Positions 9,932 through 21,178 of a stretch of DNA of 64,000 bases are shown piece after piece. The notes under the pieces were generated by a model that worked only from the letters and a program-made list of their open reading frames with translations, was not told the origin of the DNA and searched no databases. This stretch comes from Prochlorococcus sp. AG-449-G23 (GTDB lineage: Bacteria; Cyanobacteriota; Cyanobacteriia; PCC-6307; Cyanobiaceae). A program made the position numbers and the translations under genes. Location of the stretch: positions 6,373-70,372 of the forward strand of contig QCQJ01000004.1 of NCBI GenBank assembly GCA_003209585.1, in the 5' to 3' direction. Positions within the stretch are counted from its first letter, which is position 1. The number at the start of each line of letters is the position of its first letter.

Positions 9932-12900
9932 TCAGAATTCGTTTTTTTCAATTATTGAATCAGTATTAATAATTATGTTCTTTAAATTTTCAATGACATC
10001 TGATGAACAATTATTCCACATTTTTCTATTGACAATTTCAAGAAATCTTTGTGCAATATCTCTTAAAGCCCATGGATTATTCTCTAGAAAGAAATTCCTA
10101 AGATCCAGATCACATAACCATGATTTATAAACTTCCTCATAACACCAATCTGAGACTACTTCAGTAGAAGCATCAAAAGCATATAAGTAATCTATTGTAG
10201 CTGAAAATTCAAACGCTCCTTTATAACCATTGTCCTTCATTCCATTTATCCATTTAGGGTTAAGTATTCTTGATATAACAATATTATTAATTTCATCTTG
10301 TAATTTTGAAATTTTAGATAATCCAAATTTTGATAAATCACCATGATACATTTCAGGTAATTTACCGCTCAATTTTTTTACTGCTGAAGATAATCCACCC
10401 TGAAACTGATAATAATCATCAGAATCTAAAATATCATGTTCCTTATTATCTTGGTTATGAACAACTAACTGCACTTTTTTAAGAGCATTTTCTAATGATT
10501 TTTTATCCTCTATAGGTTCAATATTATCACTGTAAATCCACTTACTCCAATTAAGAAAAGATTCTCCAAAATCATCAATATTTTCCCAATTAGAATTAGA
10601 AATTAGTTCTTGAAGACCAGCTCCATATGAACCTGGCGCTGACCCAAATATACGATTAATTGAATCACCATCTCTTGATGCCCCAGCAAGAGGGTTAAAT
10701 TTATCATCCTCATTAAGATTAGAAACAAGATTTATTGCCTTAGAAGTTAATTTAACTAACTGTGGAAATGCATCTCTAAACATTCCCGAAATCCTTAAAG
10801 TAACATCAACCCTTGGCCTTTCAAGAACAGATAAAGGAATAATTTCTAGATCTACTACTCTTCTTGAAGGCCCATCCCAAATAGGCTGTACTCCTAATAA
10901 ATATAGTATTTGACAAATGTCTTCACCACCATTTCTCATTGTGGATGTTGCCCATACAGATATTGCTATATTTTTTAAATCTTCTCCATTATCTTGTTTG
11001 TATAAATCAAGTATTTGTGAAGCGGATTGACAACCAACAGTCCATGCTGATTCAGTTGGCAGTCCTCTCGAATCAACTGAAAAGAAATTTTTACCAGTGG
11101 GTAAAGCTTCAGTTTTACCTCTCGTAGGGGCTCCAGATGGACCACTTTTTACATATTGTCCATTTAATGAATTAATAAATGATAATTTCTCATTAAATGA
11201 GGAATTAATGATTGGATATAAAATATCTTTTTTTAATAATAAAAAATACTTATTATGTTTTTTTTGATTAAAGAAATAGTCTATTATTTTCTGATTTTTA
11301 TATTTCTCTAGATTTTTTATATTGGTATTCTTTTTGTAAAAAAACAAATATATTAAATACTTTGCTTGTTGCTCCAAAAACTCAATAGCCATTCTAAAAT
11401 TTAAAATTTTTTTGTTTGAAAAACTTAATAATATTTTTTTATCCTTTACAGTTAACTTCTGATCATATTTATTTGTCCAAGGATTCAAATCTAGTTTTAA
11501 ATTTTTCGCTATATATTGAACAACACCAATTCGGTTGGCATTTGGTACTCTAGCAATACATAAGAATAAATTTATTTCATTAATATAATTCTGCCTATTG
11601 CCAAAAACATGCAAACCTGTTCTAATTTGAGATTCTTTAATTTTGCAAAGGAAGGAATCAATTTCTTCAATTTGATTATTTTTATTATTTAAAGAAATTT
11701 CACTAAAATCTTTTTTAATTAATTCAAAAATTGATTTTTCTATTATTTCAATACGATTAGAATTTAATAATTTTGCTTCAAAGTATTCGTCTAAATAATT
11801 TTCTAATATTGAATATTTTCCATATAATTCTGACCTATCCAAAGGAGGGGTTAAATGATCAATAATTGTGGCAGCAGTTCTTCTTTTAGCTTGGGATCCT
11901 TCTCCAGGATCATTTACGATAAAGGGATATATGTTAGGTATAGCTGGACAAATAATATTTGGAAAACATTTATTGCTCAGACCTATAGATTTGCCAGGTA
12001 ACCATTCAACAGTCCCATGTTTACCAATATGGCATATAGCATTTGCATTAAAAACTTTTTCAATCCAAAAATATTGTGCTAAATATCTATGGGGAGGTGG
12101 AAGATCAGGAGAATGAATATCTCTATCAGTGTAAGCGTCATAACCTCGTTGAGGTTGAATCAATAATGTTATTTTTCCAAATCTAAGACCATTTATTGAG
12201 AAGCCTTCATTATCTAGATCGATCGCATCAGATGGTTTACCCCAACGACTAACAATAATATTTTTTGGATCAAGTTCTAAATAATTCCAATATTTTAAAT
12301 ATTCAATTAGTGGTAAGTAATCTAATGGTTTATTATTTTGAGATTCAATATCATTAGTTCTAGTTTTTATAAGCATTGACATTAATTCCGAAGAATCTTG
12401 AGGATAATTACAAGATCCAAGGTCATAACCTTCTTCTTTTAACCAATTAAGAATATTTATTATTGAAGATGGTGTATTTAGACCAACGCCATTACCGATT
12501 CTTCCGTTCTTTACTGGATAATTACTTATTACTAAACAAATTCTTTTATCAAAATTATTAAGTTTTTGAAGTTTCACATAATTTGTTGCAAATTTTGAAA
12601 TCCATTCAATACCTACTTGATCAGCTTTATAAATAGATATTTCACTGTAAAGTGTATTCTTTTTTGAGATTATTTCTTTAAATGCACAAGGACAGGTAGT
12701 AATTCTTCCATCAAATTCGGGAATAATTATTTGCATTAATAAATCAGTTGAATTCATTCCAATTGATGAATTAAGCCAATTTTTTCTTGATATATTAGAA
12801 GAAAGAAGCTGTAAAATTGGGATATTAAGAGAAGTAAAAATATTTGTAGAATTTTCAATTAAATCATTATTTTTGATTTGAGATGAAGAAAATGAAGTTG

Positions 12901-13669
12901 TGGTAATTATTATTTTAATATCCTCTTTTTTAAATATTTCTATTAATTTCTTTTGAATAATATGATCTTTTAGAGTTGAAATAAAAAATGTTTTAGGGGA
13001 TAGACCGCATTTTCTTAACTGCAAGTTAAGTTTTTCGTTTACTTCAATTTCATTAGCTAAAAAAAGTGATTTATACGATATTATTCCTATCTTTTCCCCT
13101 TTTTCAATTTTCCAATCATACAAATAAGGATCTGCATAAAAAGTAATATTCAAAAACTCATCAGGAATTAATAATTCATCCAACTGTAGATAACTTAAAC
13201 AATTAAGAAATTTTCTATAATTATGCAGTCCTCCAGATCTTAGTAATCTAGAAATATTTAATGCAATATCTTTATCTATACTACTTATTTCACATAAGGA
13301 TAATTCCTGATCAAGGGTACCTGATAGGATTACTAACTTCCTTTTTTTATCAACTGCTTGCCAATTTAAAAGTTGTTCAATTCCATAGTTCCATGTACCT
13401 TTATCTCCAAATAATCGTAGTACGACAACTTTTGCATAATTAATTGTTTTTAATAGATAATTATCTACTTGAGCTGAGGAATTTAAATTAGAAATTTCTA
13501 AAGCTCTAATATTATTTTTTAATGAAGCAAATTCTTTTTCTAACAATAAATTCGATAAGAGATTTAAATCAGCTTTGACACTTGTTATAAAAATAAAATC
13601 TGCAACTGGTTGCTCTATTAAATCATCCTTATTCTTTTCATTTCCTGCTATATTAGATATCCTGTGCAT
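9932..13669 (-). CDS. cobN: Cobaltochelatase subunit CobN
   Basis: HIGKHGTVEWLPGK, DPGEGSQAKRR, GPSGAPTRG, LPTGKNFF, RISGMFRD. Confidence 0.95.
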   Translation of the reverse strand: MHRISNIAGNEKNKDDLIEQPVADFIFITSVKADLNLLSNLLLEKEFASLKNNIRALEISNLNSSAQVDNYLLKTINYAKVVVLRLFGDKGTWNYGIEQLLNWQAVDKKRKLVILSGTLDQELSLCEISSIDKDIALNISRLLRSGGLHNYRKFLNCLSYLQLDELLIPDEFLNITFYADPYLYDWKIEKGEKIGIISYKSLFLANEIEVNEKLNLQLRKCGLSPKTFFISTLKDHIIQKKLIEIFKKEDIKIIITTTSFSSSQIKNNDLIENSTNIFTSLNIPILQLLSSNISRKNWLNSSIGMNSTDLLMQIIIPEFDGRITTCPCAFKEIISKKNTLYSEISIYKADQVGIEWISKFATNYVKLQKLNNFDKRICLVISNYPVKNGRIGNGVGLNTPSSIINILNWLKEEGYDLGSCNYPQDSSELMSMLIKTRTNDIESQNNKPLDYLPLIEYLKYWNYLELDPKNIIVSRWGKPSDAIDLDNEGFSINGLRFGKITLLIQPQRGYDAYTDRDIHSPDLPPPHRYLAQYFWIEKVFNANAICHIGKHGTVEWLPGKSIGLSNKCFPNIICPAIPNIYPFIVNDPGEGSQAKRRTAATIIDHLTPPLDRSELYGKYSILENYLDEYFEAKLLNSNRIEIIEKSIFELIKKDFSEISLNNKNNQIEEIDSFLCKIKESQIRTGLHVFGNRQNYINEINLFLCIARVPNANRIGVVQYIAKNLKLDLNPWTNKYDQKLTVKDKKILLSFSNKKILNFRMAIEFLEQQAKYLIYLFFYKKNTNIKNLEKYKNQKIIDYFFNQKKHNKYFLLLKKDILYPIINSSFNEKLSFINSLNGQYVKSGPSGAPTRGKTEALPTGKNFFSVDSRGLPTESAWTVGCQSASQILDLYKQDNGEDLKNIAISVWATSTMRNGGEDICQILYLLGVQPIWDGPSRRVVDLEIIPLSVLERPRVDVTLRISGMFRDAFPQLVKLTSKAINLVSNLNEDDKFNPLAGASRDGDSINRIFGSAPGSYGAGLQELISNSNWENIDDFGESFLNWSKWIYSDNIEPIEDKKSLENALKKVQLVVHNQDNKEHDILDSDDYYQFQGGLSSAVKKLSGKLPEMYHGDLSKFGLSKISKLQDEINNIVISRILNPKWINGMKDNGYKGAFEFSATIDYLYAFDASTEVVSDWCYEEVYKSWLCDLDLRNFFLENNPWALRDIAQRFLEIVNRKMWNNCSSDVIENLKNIIINTDSIIEKNEF

Positions 13670-13735
13670 TTTTATATATAAATAGGGTTTAGAATACGTA
13701 AGTAGGATAAAACAAGTTTACCTTAATTAAATAAA

Positions 13736-14656
13736 TTGAATATGCATGAATTTCTTCCATACGCCTGGTTCGAAGGTAAATGTATTCCATTTAAAGAAGC
13801 AAAAATATCAATAGCTACTCATGCACTACATTATGGTACTGCTGCATTTGGAGGAATGCGAGCGATACCTAACCCTACAAATAAAGAAGAATTCCTTTTA
13901 TTTAGAACTGATAAACATATAAAAAGATTATCTCAAAGTGCAAAATTACTCTTAACTGATATTTCTGAAGAATATATTATTAAAGCCTTAGAGGAGGTTA
14001 TAAAAAGAAATAAGCCAGAAAAACCTATCTATATAAGACCATTCGTATATACAAGCGATTTAGGTATAGCTCCAAGGTTACACAATATTGAAACAGATTT
14101 CTTTATTTATTGTATTGAACTAGGAGATTATCTATCCCCAGATGGTGTTTCTTGTAGAATGAGTAGTTGGACTAGACAAGAAGATAGATCTCTCCCTTTG
14201 AGAGGAAAAATAAGTGGAGCTTATATTACTAGTTCATTAGCTAAAACTGAAGCTAGTTTATCGGGTTTTGATGAAGCCTTGCTATTAAATTCAAGTGGTA
14301 AGGTAAGCGAAGCTAGTGGTATGAATTTATTTATTGTTAGAAACGGAGACTTAATCACTCCTGGTGTTGATCAAGATATACTTGAGGGGATTACTAGAGC
14401 TAGTGTAATTGAATTAGCAAAATCATTTGGAATAAATGTAATTGAAAGGCCTGTTGATAAAACTGAATTATTAATAGCAGATGAAGTTTTTCTAACTGGA
14501 ACAGCAGCAAAAATTACACCAGTTAAAAAAATTGAATCAAGTGAATTAAATGGTGAAAGACCAATAATGAATAAATTAAAAAGTAAGCTTATAGAAATAA
14601 CAGAAGGTCGTTCTCAAGACTATGATGATTGGGTAACAAGAATTTCTCTAAAATAA
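13736..14656 (+). CDS. ilvE: Branched-chain amino acid aminotransferase
   Basis: HALHYG, GKISGAY, EASGMNLF, ILEGITR, EVFLTGTAA. Confidence 0.95.
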   Translation: MNMHEFLPYAWFEGKCIPFKEAKISIATHALHYGTAAFGGMRAIPNPTNKEEFLLFRTDKHIKRLSQSAKLLLTDISEEYIIKALEEVIKRNKPEKPIYIRPFVYTSDLGIAPRLHNIETDFFIYCIELGDYLSPDGVSCRMSSWTRQEDRSLPLRGKISGAYITSSLAKTEASLSGFDEALLLNSSGKVSEASGMNLFIVRNGDLITPGVDQDILEGITRASVIELAKSFGINVIERPVDKTELLIADEVFLTGTAAKITPVKKIESSELNGERPIMNKLKSKLIEITEGRSQDYDDWVTRISLK

Positions 14657-14674
14657 ATTAATTTTTACTTAAAA

Positions 14675-17600
14675 ATGGAATCTTTCAGAACCTATCTAAA
14701 TAGAGATGAAAAGCCATTAATAATTTTTGACGGGGGTACAGGAACATCTTTTCAGAACTTAAATCTTACTGCAGACGACTTTGGAGGCAAAGAATTAGAG
14801 GGTTGTAATGAAAACCTTGTTTTATCCTCACCAAAGGTAGTTGAAAAGGTTCATAATTCATTCTTAGAAGCAGGTTGTCATGTTATAGAAACTAATACTT
14901 TTGGAGCCTCATCAATAGTTCTTGATGAATATGATATTGCGGATAAGGCATATGAGATAAATAAAAATGCTGCATTAATAGCAAAAAAGGCTGCTGCCAA
15001 ATATGCATCAGTTGATAAGCCAAGGTTTGTTGCTGGCTCAATTGGACCAACTACTAAATTGCCCACATTAGGACATATAGATTTTGATGAATTAAAGCAA
15101 TCATATAAAGAACAAATATATGGACTTACAGATGGAGGAGTTGATCTTCTTTTAATTGAAACTTGTCAAGATGTATTACAAATTAAATCTGCCTTATTAG
15201 CTTCTAAAGAAGTACTTGATAGTAAAAATATAGATATACCTATAATGGTATCGATAACAATGGAAACAACAGGTACTATGCTTGTTGGTTCTGACATCGC
15301 CTCTGCATTAACAATATTAGAGCCATTTAATATAGATATCCTTGGACTTAATTGTGCAACTGGTCCAGAACAAATGAAAGAACATATTAAATATTTGTCT
15401 GAAAATTCTCCTTTCGCTATAAGCTGTATTCCCAATGCAGGACTTCCTGAAAATATTGGTGGTGTGGCTCACTACAGATTAAAGCCAATAGAATTAAAGA
15501 TGCAGCTAATGAATTTTATATATGACTTTAATGTTCAATTAATAGGTGGATGTTGTGGGACAACACCTGAACATATTAAATATCTTTCATCAATAATCGA
15601 TGAAATTATTTATAACGAAAGTTCTAACAAAAATAGTAATAAAAATTTAAGTGGTTATATTCCTTCTGCTTCATCAATATATAATTCCGTACCGTACAAA
15701 CAAGACAATTCTATCTTGATTGTAGGAGAAAGATTAAATGCAAGTGGATCTAAAAAGGTAAGGGAGTTATTAAATAACGATGATTGGGATGGACTAGTTT
15801 CAATTGCCAAACAACAACAAAAAGAAAATGCACACGTTCTTGATGTAAATGTTGATTATGTAGGGAGAGACGGTGTGAAAGATATGAAAGAAATAACTTC
15901 AAGACTAGTTACTAACATAAATTTACCATTAATGATTGATTCTACAGATGCTGACAAAATGGAAAGTGGATTAAAGTCAGCTGGTGGTAAATGTATTATA
16001 AATTCAACAAATTACGAAGACGGTGATGAAAGATTTGATCAAGTTCTAAATTTAGCCTTGGGGTATGGTTCAGGACTTGTTGTCGGAACTATTGATGAAG
16101 ATGGAATGGCTAGGAATTCAGATAAAAAATATAACATTGTTAAACGAGCAATTAATAAAACAAGAGAATGTGGTTTATCAGATTATGAGCTCTTTTTTGA
16201 TCCATTAGCACTACCAATATCTACAGGTATTGAAGAAGATAGATTAAATGCTAAAGAAACAATTACTGCTATATCCAAAATTCGAGAAAATTTCCCAGAG
16301 ATTCATATTATATTGGGGATATCGAACATAAGTTTTGGTCTATCACCATTATCTAGAATTAATTTAAATTCAATATTTTTAGATGAATGCATTAAAGCCG
16401 GATTGGATTCCGCTATTATCGCACCAAATAAAATTTTGCCATTATCAAAAATTTCTGAAGAAACTAAAAAGCTATGCTTAGATTTGATATATGACAAAAG
16501 AGAATTTGAAGATGATATTTGTACTTATGATCCATTAGTAGAGCTCACAAAGGCTTTTCAAGATTTATCTATTCAGGATTTCAAGAAAGCATCTTCAGAA
16601 AATAAAAATTTAACTCTGGAAGAAAGTTTAAAAAATCATATTATTGATGGAGAAAAAATAGGTTTAGAAGATCAATTAAATAAAGCGTTAAAAAAATATA
16701 AACCTCTTGAAATAATTAATACCTTTTTACTAGATGGGATGAAAGTTGTAGGAGATTTATTTGGCTCAGGTCAAATGCAATTGCCATTCGTACTCCAATC
16801 CGCTGAAACAATGAAATTTGCTGTTTCAATTTTAGAACCATATATGGAAACTGTAGATGAAAACATATCAAATGGAAAACTCTTAATTGCAACAGTAAAA
16901 GGCGACGTTCATGATATTGGAAAAAATTTGGTTGACATAATACTTACAAATAACGGTTATGACGTAATAAATCTTGGAATAAAGCAAGATGTTTCAGCAA
17001 TTATAGACGCACAAAAGAAGCACAATGCAGATTGCATAGCTATGAGCGGATTACTTGTTAAGTCAACTGCATTTATGAAAGATAATTTAGAGGCTTTTAA
17101 CAATGAAGATATTAGTGTCCCAGTTATATTAGGAGGTGCAGCGTTAACGCCAAAATTTGTAAATGAGGATTGCAGCAAAATATATAAAGGGAAAATATTG
17201 TACGGAAAAGATGCGTTCACTGATCTTAAGTTCATGAATGAATATATGGATAATAAAAAAAAGGGAAATTGGTCAAATACAGAGGGATTTATTAACAATG
17301 AGGGTATAAATATTAATTTAGCCTCATCAAAAACTAACTCTGAAGCGGGCAATAAATCAATATCCATACGAAATGAGACTTCCAAATTAAATTTAAAAGA
17401 AAATTTTATAAGATCTAAATTTGTAAATGAAGAAAAACCAATTCAAGCTCCTTTTTTGGGGACGAAAGTCTTGTACGATGTTGATATTGATTTAAATAAG
17501 TTAATTTTTTATTTAGATACAAAAGCTCTATTTAGTGGACAATGGCAAATAAAAAAAGGAAAAAACCAAAGTGTAGATGAATACAATAACTATCTGGATT

Positions 17601-18241
17601 CATTTGCTAAACCATTGTTAGATAAATGGTTAGAGACAATTGTAGATAAAAAACTTATTTCACCCAAAGCAGTTTATGGATATTTCAGATGTGGTAGAAA
17701 AGATAATAGTATTTTTCTATTTGATGATAAATCATTAAATAAAATTTCTCAATTCAATTTTCCAAGACAAAAATCTGGGAATAATCTTTGCATAGCAGAT
17801 TTCTATTGTGATTTAAAAAATGATAAACCAATAGATATATTTCCTATGCAGGCAGTAACAATGGGAGATATTGCTAGTGAATATTCTCAAAAATTATTTA
17901 AGGATGATAAATATAGCGATTATTTATTATTCCATGGACTTACAGTACAGTTAGCAGAAGCTCTAGCTGAATATGTCCATGCATTAATTCGTATTGAATG
18001 TGGGTTTACGACTGAAGAACCAGATAAAAATAGAGAAATACTTGCTCAAAAATATAGAGGAGCTAGATATTCCTTTGGATATCCTGCATGTCCAAAAGTA
18101 TCTGATTCAAACATACAATTATCATTGTTGGATACAAAAAGAATTAACTTGACCATGGATGAATCTGAACAATTACATCCAGAACAAAGTACTACAGCTA
18201 TCATTGCACTACACTCAAAAGCTAAATATTTCAGTGCCTAA
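14675..18241 (+). CDS. metH: B12-dependent methionine synthase
   Basis: Homocysteine-binding GGCCGTT, pterin domain GERLNASGSK, cobalamin-binding GDVHDIGKN, activation domain RYSFGYPACP. Confidence 0.97.
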   Translation: MESFRTYLNRDEKPLIIFDGGTGTSFQNLNLTADDFGGKELEGCNENLVLSSPKVVEKVHNSFLEAGCHVIETNTFGASSIVLDEYDIADKAYEINKNAALIAKKAAAKYASVDKPRFVAGSIGPTTKLPTLGHIDFDELKQSYKEQIYGLTDGGVDLLLIETCQDVLQIKSALLASKEVLDSKNIDIPIMVSITMETTGTMLVGSDIASALTILEPFNIDILGLNCATGPEQMKEHIKYLSENSPFAISCIPNAGLPENIGGVAHYRLKPIELKMQLMNFIYDFNVQLIGGCCGTTPEHIKYLSSIIDEIIYNESSNKNSNKNLSGYIPSASSIYNSVPYKQDNSILIVGERLNASGSKKVRELLNNDDWDGLVSIAKQQQKENAHVLDVNVDYVGRDGVKDMKEITSRLVTNINLPLMIDSTDADKMESGLKSAGGKCIINSTNYEDGDERFDQVLNLALGYGSGLVVGTIDEDGMARNSDKKYNIVKRAINKTRECGLSDYELFFDPLALPISTGIEEDRLNAKETITAISKIRENFPEIHIILGISNISFGLSPLSRINLNSIFLDECIKAGLDSAIIAPNKILPLSKISEETKKLCLDLIYDKREFEDDICTYDPLVELTKAFQDLSIQDFKKASSENKNLTLEESLKNHIIDGEKIGLEDQLNKALKKYKPLEIINTFLLDGMKVVGDLFGSGQMQLPFVLQSAETMKFAVSILEPYMETVDENISNGKLLIATVKGDVHDIGKNLVDIILTNNGYDVINLGIKQDVSAIIDAQKKHNADCIAMSGLLVKSTAFMKDNLEAFNNEDISVPVILGGAALTPKFVNEDCSKIYKGKILYGKDAFTDLKFMNEYMDNKKKGNWSNTEGFINNEGININLASSKTNSEAGNKSISIRNETSKLNLKENFIRSKFVNEEKPIQAPFLGTKVLYDVDIDLNKLIFYLDTKALFSGQWQIKKGKNQSVDEYNNYLDSFAKPLLDKWLETIVDKKLISPKAVYGYFRCGRKDNSIFLFDDKSLNKISQFNFPRQKSGNNLCIADFYCDLKNDKPIDIFPMQAVTMGDIASEYSQKLFKDDKYSDYLLFHGLTVQLAEALAEYVHALIRIECGFTTEEPDKNREILAQKYRGARYSFGYPACPKVSDSNIQLSLLDTKRINLTMDESEQLHPEQSTTAIIALHSKAKYFSA

Positions 18242-18250
18242 GCTAAATCT

Positions 18251-18469
18251 TTAGTTGTTTTCTAGATATTCAATAATTTCTTCTTGAAGTTCTTCCATTA
18301 TTTCATTATCACCCAGATCAAGTCCCTCACCCGCTGCGTCTTGTGTTAATTCAAGATAGTATGAAGCACCATCACTAGATAAGAATTCTAATGCGGAAGT
18401 TTCTTCACTATCTTTAAATGCATCATAAAGAGCTTTAAATGCTATGTTTTCAGTAAAGTCCCAATCCAT
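18251..18469 (-). CDS. Small acidic hypothetical protein (72 aa; start refined to ATG at 18469)
   Basis: The upstream extension in the ORF track overlaps the divergent gene and looks non-coding; MDWDFTENIAFKALYDAF... is protein-like. Confidence 0.7.
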   Translation of the reverse strand: MDWDFTENIAFKALYDAFKDSEETSALEFLSSDGASYYLELTQDAAGEGLDLGDNEIMEELQEEIIEYLENN

Positions 18470-18572
18470 AATGAAAAAAAACCTTATTAGAATTATTACC
18501 TCCTTACCCCCCATACTCGTCAACCTTTTTTTAAGAAATGTTGGTGTTTTATTATTATTTAAATAAAAATCT

Positions 18573-18956
18573 ATGACCATAAATAATCAAGTTCAATTGA
18601 ATGTTTTAGGAGAAAAAATTGAGGTTTGTAGTTGTGCACCTTTGACAGGATGGTTCAGAGATGGATTTTGCAACTATGACAAAAATGATGGAGGTAATCA
18701 TTCTATATGTTGTGTAATGGATGATAATTTCCTGAAATATAGTAAATCACAAGGTAATGATTTAATAACTCCCATGCCTATTTATTCCTTCCCAGGATTA
18801 AAGGATGGTGATCATTGGTGTATTTGTCTTGATAGGTGGAAGCAAGCATTATTAGACGGTCTTGCACCAAAAGTCATATTAGAATCAACAAATATTGTAG
18901 TCTTAGAATCAGTACCTCTAGAAAAATTGAAAGAATATCAATTTAATAAAAAGTAA
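18573..18956 (+). CDS. DUF2237 family protein
   Basis: NVLGE..CS..PLTGWFRDGFC and FPGLKDGDHWCIC..RW. Confidence 0.9.
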   Translation: MTINNQVQLNVLGEKIEVCSCAPLTGWFRDGFCNYDKNDGGNHSICCVMDDNFLKYSKSQGNDLITPMPIYSFPGLKDGDHWCICLDRWKQALLDGLAPKVILESTNIVVLESVPLEKLKEYQFNKK

Positions 18957-19004
18957 TTACAAATTTATTATTTTTTTTAGAATGATTATGATAATTAATT
19001 TTAA

Positions 19005-19835
19005 ATGAGTTTAGAATTATATTGGAAAAAAGCAATAGATCAAACTCGATTATCAATTGATAATGAATCATTATGTCCTCTCAAAACTGATATTATTACA
19101 AGGGAATTATATGAAAAAGATGACTTCATAATTAGGAAACTCGATACTTCTAAATTTAATAAAAAAAAAATTTATGGTCCTAAGCAGAATCCATTTTGTC
19201 CATGGGAAAAGATACTAGAAATTGATAAAATTGGTGATAATCATCAATTAATATTAAACAAGTACCCTGTACAAAAAGGACATATTTTACTTATTACAAA
19301 TAAATGGAAACCTCAAAATGGATGGTTAGATATTAATGATTGGAGAGCGATCCAACAAGTTAATAAAGATACTAGTGGATTATGGTTTTTCAATAGTTCT
19401 CCAATTGCAGGAGCAAGTCAACCACACAGGCATTTTCAACTTCTGCGTAGATCAAGAGATGAGATATCATGCCCAAGAGAAAAGTGGTTTTTAGAGATGA
19501 ACGCATATCAAGATATAAATAGTAAGCTTAAAAGAAATATTATTGTATCCAAATTTAATTTTTTAGAAAATGCATCATTTCTTTTTGACTTTTATTTAGA
19601 ATTATGCAAGAGATTAGGACTTGGGGACCCTATTAGTGATAAGAAACCTAAATATCCTTACAATATTTTAATAACTAATAAATGGATCGCTATTATAAAG
19701 AGAAAAAATGATCATATCCATGGTTTCAGTATTAACGGTTTAGGGTTTGCAGGATATTTATTAGTAACTGAAAAATCGAATATTAATTATTTGAAGAAAT
19801 TTGGTCCTGAAAAACTTCTAGAATGTTTTGTTTGA
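19005..19835 (+). CDS. ATP adenylyltransferase / Ap4A phosphorylase (Apa2-like)
   Basis: NPFCP, LNKYPV...H, HxHxQ motif FNSSPIAGASQPHRHFQ, SINGLGFAG. Confidence 0.9.
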   Translation: MSLELYWKKAIDQTRLSIDNESLCPLKTDIITRELYEKDDFIIRKLDTSKFNKKKIYGPKQNPFCPWEKILEIDKIGDNHQLILNKYPVQKGHILLITNKWKPQNGWLDINDWRAIQQVNKDTSGLWFFNSSPIAGASQPHRHFQLLRRSRDEISCPREKWFLEMNAYQDINSKLKRNIIVSKFNFLENASFLFDFYLELCKRLGLGDPISDKKPKYPYNILITNKWIAIIKRKNDHIHGFSINGLGFAGYLLVTEKSNINYLKKFGPEKLLECFV

Positions 19836-19838
19836 ATA

Positions 19839-20018
19839 CTATTTAGTTACTTCAACTGCTTTATCCCTGCTTATTTGACTTTCTAAAACTTCTATAGAAG
19901 CTGTTACGGAGGCTATTTTACGCTCAAGTGAATCTTTAATATAATTGAGCATTTCTAATTTCTTATTTTGATAAAAACTCTTTTTTTCTTTAGATGACTT
20001 GAAATAACAATTAAACAT
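19839..20018 (-). CDS. Small hypothetical protein (59 aa, coiled-coil-like)
   Basis: Manual translation MFNCYFKSSKEKKSFYQNKKLEMLNYIKDSLERKIASVTASIEVLESQISRDKAVEVTK*; fills the gap and ends 3 nt from the convergent stop. Confidence 0.7.
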   Translation of the reverse strand: MFNCYFKSSKEKKSFYQNKKLEMLNYIKDSLERKIASVTASIEVLESQISRDKAVEVTK

Positions 20019-20164
20019 TTTTTATCTTTATTATAAAAAGATACTTAATTGACTTGTGACACGAAAATAAGTTGGTTTTAATTTAAAAACAATATTCCAT
20101 ATGGACGTTCGATTTTTTTTTGAATAAAATTAAATAAATTCCTTACTATTCAAGAAAAACATTA

Positions 20165-21178
20165 TTGAATATTCCTGAAAATTCAAATACAAAAAGAATT
20201 TCAATTGATTTACCTGAGGAACTAATTTCCAGGTTTGATCAATTACGAAAAGAGTGGGGATATAGAGCAAGAGGTCCTGTAATTGAAAAGATACTTAAAG
20301 AACTTCTTCAAGAAGATGATTTACTACCTAAGAACCAACAGCAAGAAATAGACTTTAACGAGAAAAAGAATGATAATGAAAATTTAAATATTGATGAAGA
20401 TACTGCATTGGTTTTAATTAAATCAGACATTAAAAAAGAAGTTAGTGAGATATCTTTAAATAAAAGAGTTTCAAATAACGATCAATATAAAGAAAAAGCC
20501 AACTTAAACATAAGCCTTCCCAATTTTGTTGAAAAAAAAGTAAAGAATCTAAGAAGAAGTATAAATAGTGAAAAATTAAAGGAGAATATTAATGATATTC
20601 AAATTAATACAATTAAAGAAACTGAATTAATAAAATGCCGAATAGCGTTAATTAGTCATTGGAAAACCTTATATGGAACAGTTCCTAATGATCAAGTAGT
20701 AGAAGCTTCTATGGATTGGTTTGGAAGGGATATATGGCCAAATCTTGATGGAACAGAAAATCTACCATTTACCTGGAGCGCAGCCAATAAATTTATGTCT
20801 GAATTATGCCCATTTTGGATAAAGAAAAATCCTTCCCTTGAAATAGTTTTATTAATGATTGGTGTTTTAGAAGACCCTTTTGCTACTTCAGATTTAATTA
20901 ATAGAATACCAACACTAATGAGGAGGTTTGTAAGTAGATTTAAGCGAAATAACAGATCAAATTCATTTGAAACATTGGACTCAACAATGACGGTACATGG
21001 TGCACTTAAATTATTGAATTTATCAACATCAGCAGGATCAGCTCATACATTAAGAAAAATTAGGGAAGCATATAAATCAATAGCCTTAGAGATGCATCCA
21101 GATGCTGGCGGATCAACAGATCAAATGAGGAAATTAAATGAAGCCTATCAATTGCTAAAAAATCTATATAGAAACTAG
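20165..21178 (+). CDS. Ribbon-helix-helix (CopG/NikR-like) N-terminus plus C-terminal DnaJ J-domain
   Basis: KRISIDLPEELISRFDQLRKEWG...GPVIEKILKE (RHH pattern); IREAYKSIALEMHPDAGGSTDQMRKLNEAYQLL (HPD motif). Confidence 0.85.
   Translation: MNIPENSNTKRISIDLPEELISRFDQLRKEWGYRARGPVIEKILKELLQEDDLLPKNQQQEIDFNEKKNDNENLNIDEDTALVLIKSDIKKEVSEISLNKRVSNNDQYKEKANLNISLPNFVEKKVKNLRRSINSEKLKENINDIQINTIKETELIKCRIALISHWKTLYGTVPNDQVVEASMDWFGRDIWPNLDGTENLPFTWSAANKFMSELCPFWIKKNPSLEIVLLMIGVLEDPFATSDLINRIPTLMRRFVSRFKRNNRSNSFETLDSTMTVHGALKLLNLSTSAGSAHTLRKIREAYKSIALEMHPDAGGSTDQMRKLNEAYQLLKNLYRN

Noticed and set aside
13670-14674. Cobalamin riboswitch near cobN or metH
   Set aside because: The intergenic gaps (66 and 18 nt) are too short and show no B12-box.
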